Source: Phallusia mammillata (lineage: Eukaryota). From it: DNA of 64,000 bases. A program made the translations under genes and the position numbers. Each line of letters starts with the position of its first letter. Position 1 is the stretch's first letter. Below, one piece after another: positions 62,068-64,000 of the stretch. The notes beneath the pieces were generated by a model, which was given only the letters and a program-made list of their open reading frames with translations, was not told where the DNA came from and searched no databases. Location of the stretch: contig OZ281494.1 of assembly GCA_965637545.1 (NCBI GenBank), positions 16,802,001 to 16,866,000 on the forward strand, read 5' to 3'.

Positions 62068-62589
62068 CCCTATGTTGATCATGCAGACGTCTGTATTCAG
62101 TGTTGCTTCCTTCGACTGCCATGTTATTGCTATCCAATAATCACAGTGATGGTTACAGCAACCTAATTTCCTGTACACGAAAGTTCATGTAGTTTTAATC
62201 GACTAACTCTAAGGCCAAGTCAAGTAAAGTTCAAGCTTGTCTGAGATATTGAAAGTAAGCAAGATCTTTCATATTAAGCAAAACAACATGACTTCCCGCT
62301 ATTCGCGTCGTGCTGTAGGTAGTATAGCCGCAGAAAATGAGGATGTTTGTCAACGGGGCTTCCTCGTTTTAAGTGTTTGATTGCGTTATGTCAGTATCGA
62401 CAGGGGCGACCTTCCTTCACCCGCGGAAGTGGTAAACACGAAGCACCCTCGCTTGCAACACGTGCCACCAACAAACAATGCCAAGGTTGTGAAATCACAA
62501 GCACCGATAGTGTGACAGAGTAAGGTCCAGGTTGCACAACACTGCGTCATACAAAGGAATCAAGGCTCACGGCGGGAAAAACAAAAAAC

Positions 62590-63372
62590 ATATACATGTG
62601 TGCAATGGCGATGTAACAGTATGAGCGAAACACACAATTGTCTTTAACACGCATCTTGTATCAATGCTGTTGATGGCTTCCAATGCTTTTGTAATGCAAA
62701 AATAAATTTTAGTTATTTGATACGCCGAATGCTTAAAAAGTCTTTGCGATGCAAAGAACACAGAAGACGGAACACCATGCGGTAGAAATTTATATGATTT
62801 GATTAATATTTAACAGTACCTGGTATAAAACTTACTTCTTTAACTTAAGATTTTAGTGAATGTACAAGCGGTACACACTTGTATCAACATTGTTGGCGCT
62901 TTCCAATGCTCTTACAACGCAAACTACACAGCAAATGTAACTCACTGTGGTAAAAACACTAATTGCATTAAATTCTACTTTGCTTGCGAACACTAAATAC
63001 AACATTTTTTTAAATTAAAAAGTACCATTGTTTCGAAGTATTAGGGGTCTTAAGCTCCCCAATTAAAATTGACTTACAGTTATATTTCGTCAGTCACCAC
63101 TCTGTGCATGCAAAAACCTGGACGATGTGGGCACAACGAAATCTGCACAGACACTGAATATGGTTTTCTCTGCATTTGCAGCGTGTGGTACACCGGCAGT
63201 AAAGTGCATGAAACAGGGTTTTTTATCGCTTAATGCAGGGCTGATTTGGATCATTTCTGGGCGTTGTAATCCTATGAAACTAGGTAAAACTAAAGCTACA
63301 TGCCGTTGCAAGAAAACTTTCGTAGAAACTAAATTACCTTTTGAATGTTACGAAGTTATCAAAACGATATAG
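62590..63372 (+). pseudogene. Decayed EGF/cbEGF-repeat gene fragment
   Basis: ETHNCL*HASCINAVDGFQCFC; ECTSGTH/TCINIVGAFQC (frameshift); LCMQKPGRCGHNEICTDTEYGFLCICSVWYTG; GRCNP..KATCRCKKTF..EC*. Contains in-frame stops and shifts. Confidence 0.55.
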
Positions 63373-63379
63373 CAAACCA

Positions 63380-63448
63380 AAAAATACTGCCGCGGGCCGG
63401 ATGAAATGACCTGGGGATCCGGCCTGCGGGAGGTAGTTTGGTGATCCC
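63380..63448. mobile_element. Right-end fragment of a hAT MITE
   Basis: cgcgggccggatg...gtagtttggtgatccctg resembles the 17.4-kb element ends; flank atctaacg; no left TIR found. Confidence 0.45.
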
Positions 63449-63720
63449 TGATCTAACGTAAGCGCAGAATTAACAAGAATACTTGTGTTAAACATCTTTT
63501 CTTTCTACCCTTTTTAGTTTCTACATCTAAAAGCCTAAGAGTAGGATTATCTGTAGGCATTTAGATCAAACATAATTACCTGACAAAAAACACAGTGCAC
63601 CAAAAATTTGTCTTTTGAACTAATTGGTCAAGATTCGAAACAGCTTTGTGTGGCAACGATGATTAACAAATGTCAGCGATTAAATTGAAAATTACGCCAA
63701 GCCATTTGGTAAAAGATATG

Positions 63721-63882
63721 TTAAAGAGCGTTAAAGCATATATCAAGATGGTGAAGGAGCAGTTTGTAGTGATGGGCATATCCATTCGGGAGATGGTTAA
63801 AACTGTGCCATTCGTCAGCGGCAAAGTAGTTGCCGAAATCCACATCTTGTTCGATCAAGGCCTTGGAGAGCTTGGCCGAATT
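63721..63882 (-). CDS. Last exon of a DPP4/FAP-family (S9B) serine peptidase
   Basis: After branch/acceptor ttactaatgcatctag: NSAKLSKALIEQDVDFGNYFAADEWHSFNHLPNGYAHHYKLLLHHLDICFNAL*. This aligns with the DPP4 C-terminus (SAQISKALVD.GVDF...DEDH...CF), including the catalytic His. Confidence 0.85.
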   Translation of the reverse strand, partial: NSAKLSKALIEQDVDFGNYFAADEWHSFNHLPNGYAHHYKLLLHHLDICFNAL

Positions 63883-64000
63883 CTAGATGCATTAGTAAAC
63901 ACAAATTGATCTTTCGGTAGTTATTTGCCAAAACTCCTGGTAAATTGGTTGCTTTAGTTAATACTAGACAAGAAAAAAAGCTGTTGGTGCTTGGCACTTT

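Overview
AT-rich eukaryotic genomic DNA with short GT-AG introns and one 200-N scaffold gap. Compact introns and gene content suggest an invertebrate chordate such as an ascidian (inference only). Nearly all genes are spliced and on the minus strand, so the ORF track only catches exon fragments; exons were re-assembled by hand. In order: (+) a KASH-domain exon (1.2-1.8 kb); (-) a receptor tyrosine phosphatase with two C-type-lectin-like domains, FN3, TM, active D1 and degenerate D2 (3.4-10.1 kb); two phosphatase-less tandem paralog copies, one clearly disrupted (12-17 kb); Pellino, 10 exons (19.9-30.7 kb); a triple-nested transposon complex containing a foldback element with satellite-like inverted arms and a P-element-like transposase relic, partly duplicated across the gap (31.8-38.9 kb); a secreted protein with six trefoil/PSI-like Cys domains (39.7-43.0 kb); a MUC4/SUSD2-like NIDO-AMOP-VWD-EGF membrane mucin preceded by Sushi-EGF-TSP1-EGF exons, with an intronic tRNA-Arg(CCT) (44.4-57.3 kb); a PLAC8-family gene (59.3-60.3 kb); a decayed (+) EGF-repeat gene; and the last exon of a DPP4-family peptidase. 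Several hAT MITEs with exact 8-bp TSDs and a tRNA-derived SINE dimer are present. The most unusual items are the lectin-RPTP with truncated partners, the CxxCxxC-extended trefoil-like repeat protein next to the mucin, an unrecognised helical domain in the mucin stalk, and the Galileo-like foldback element.
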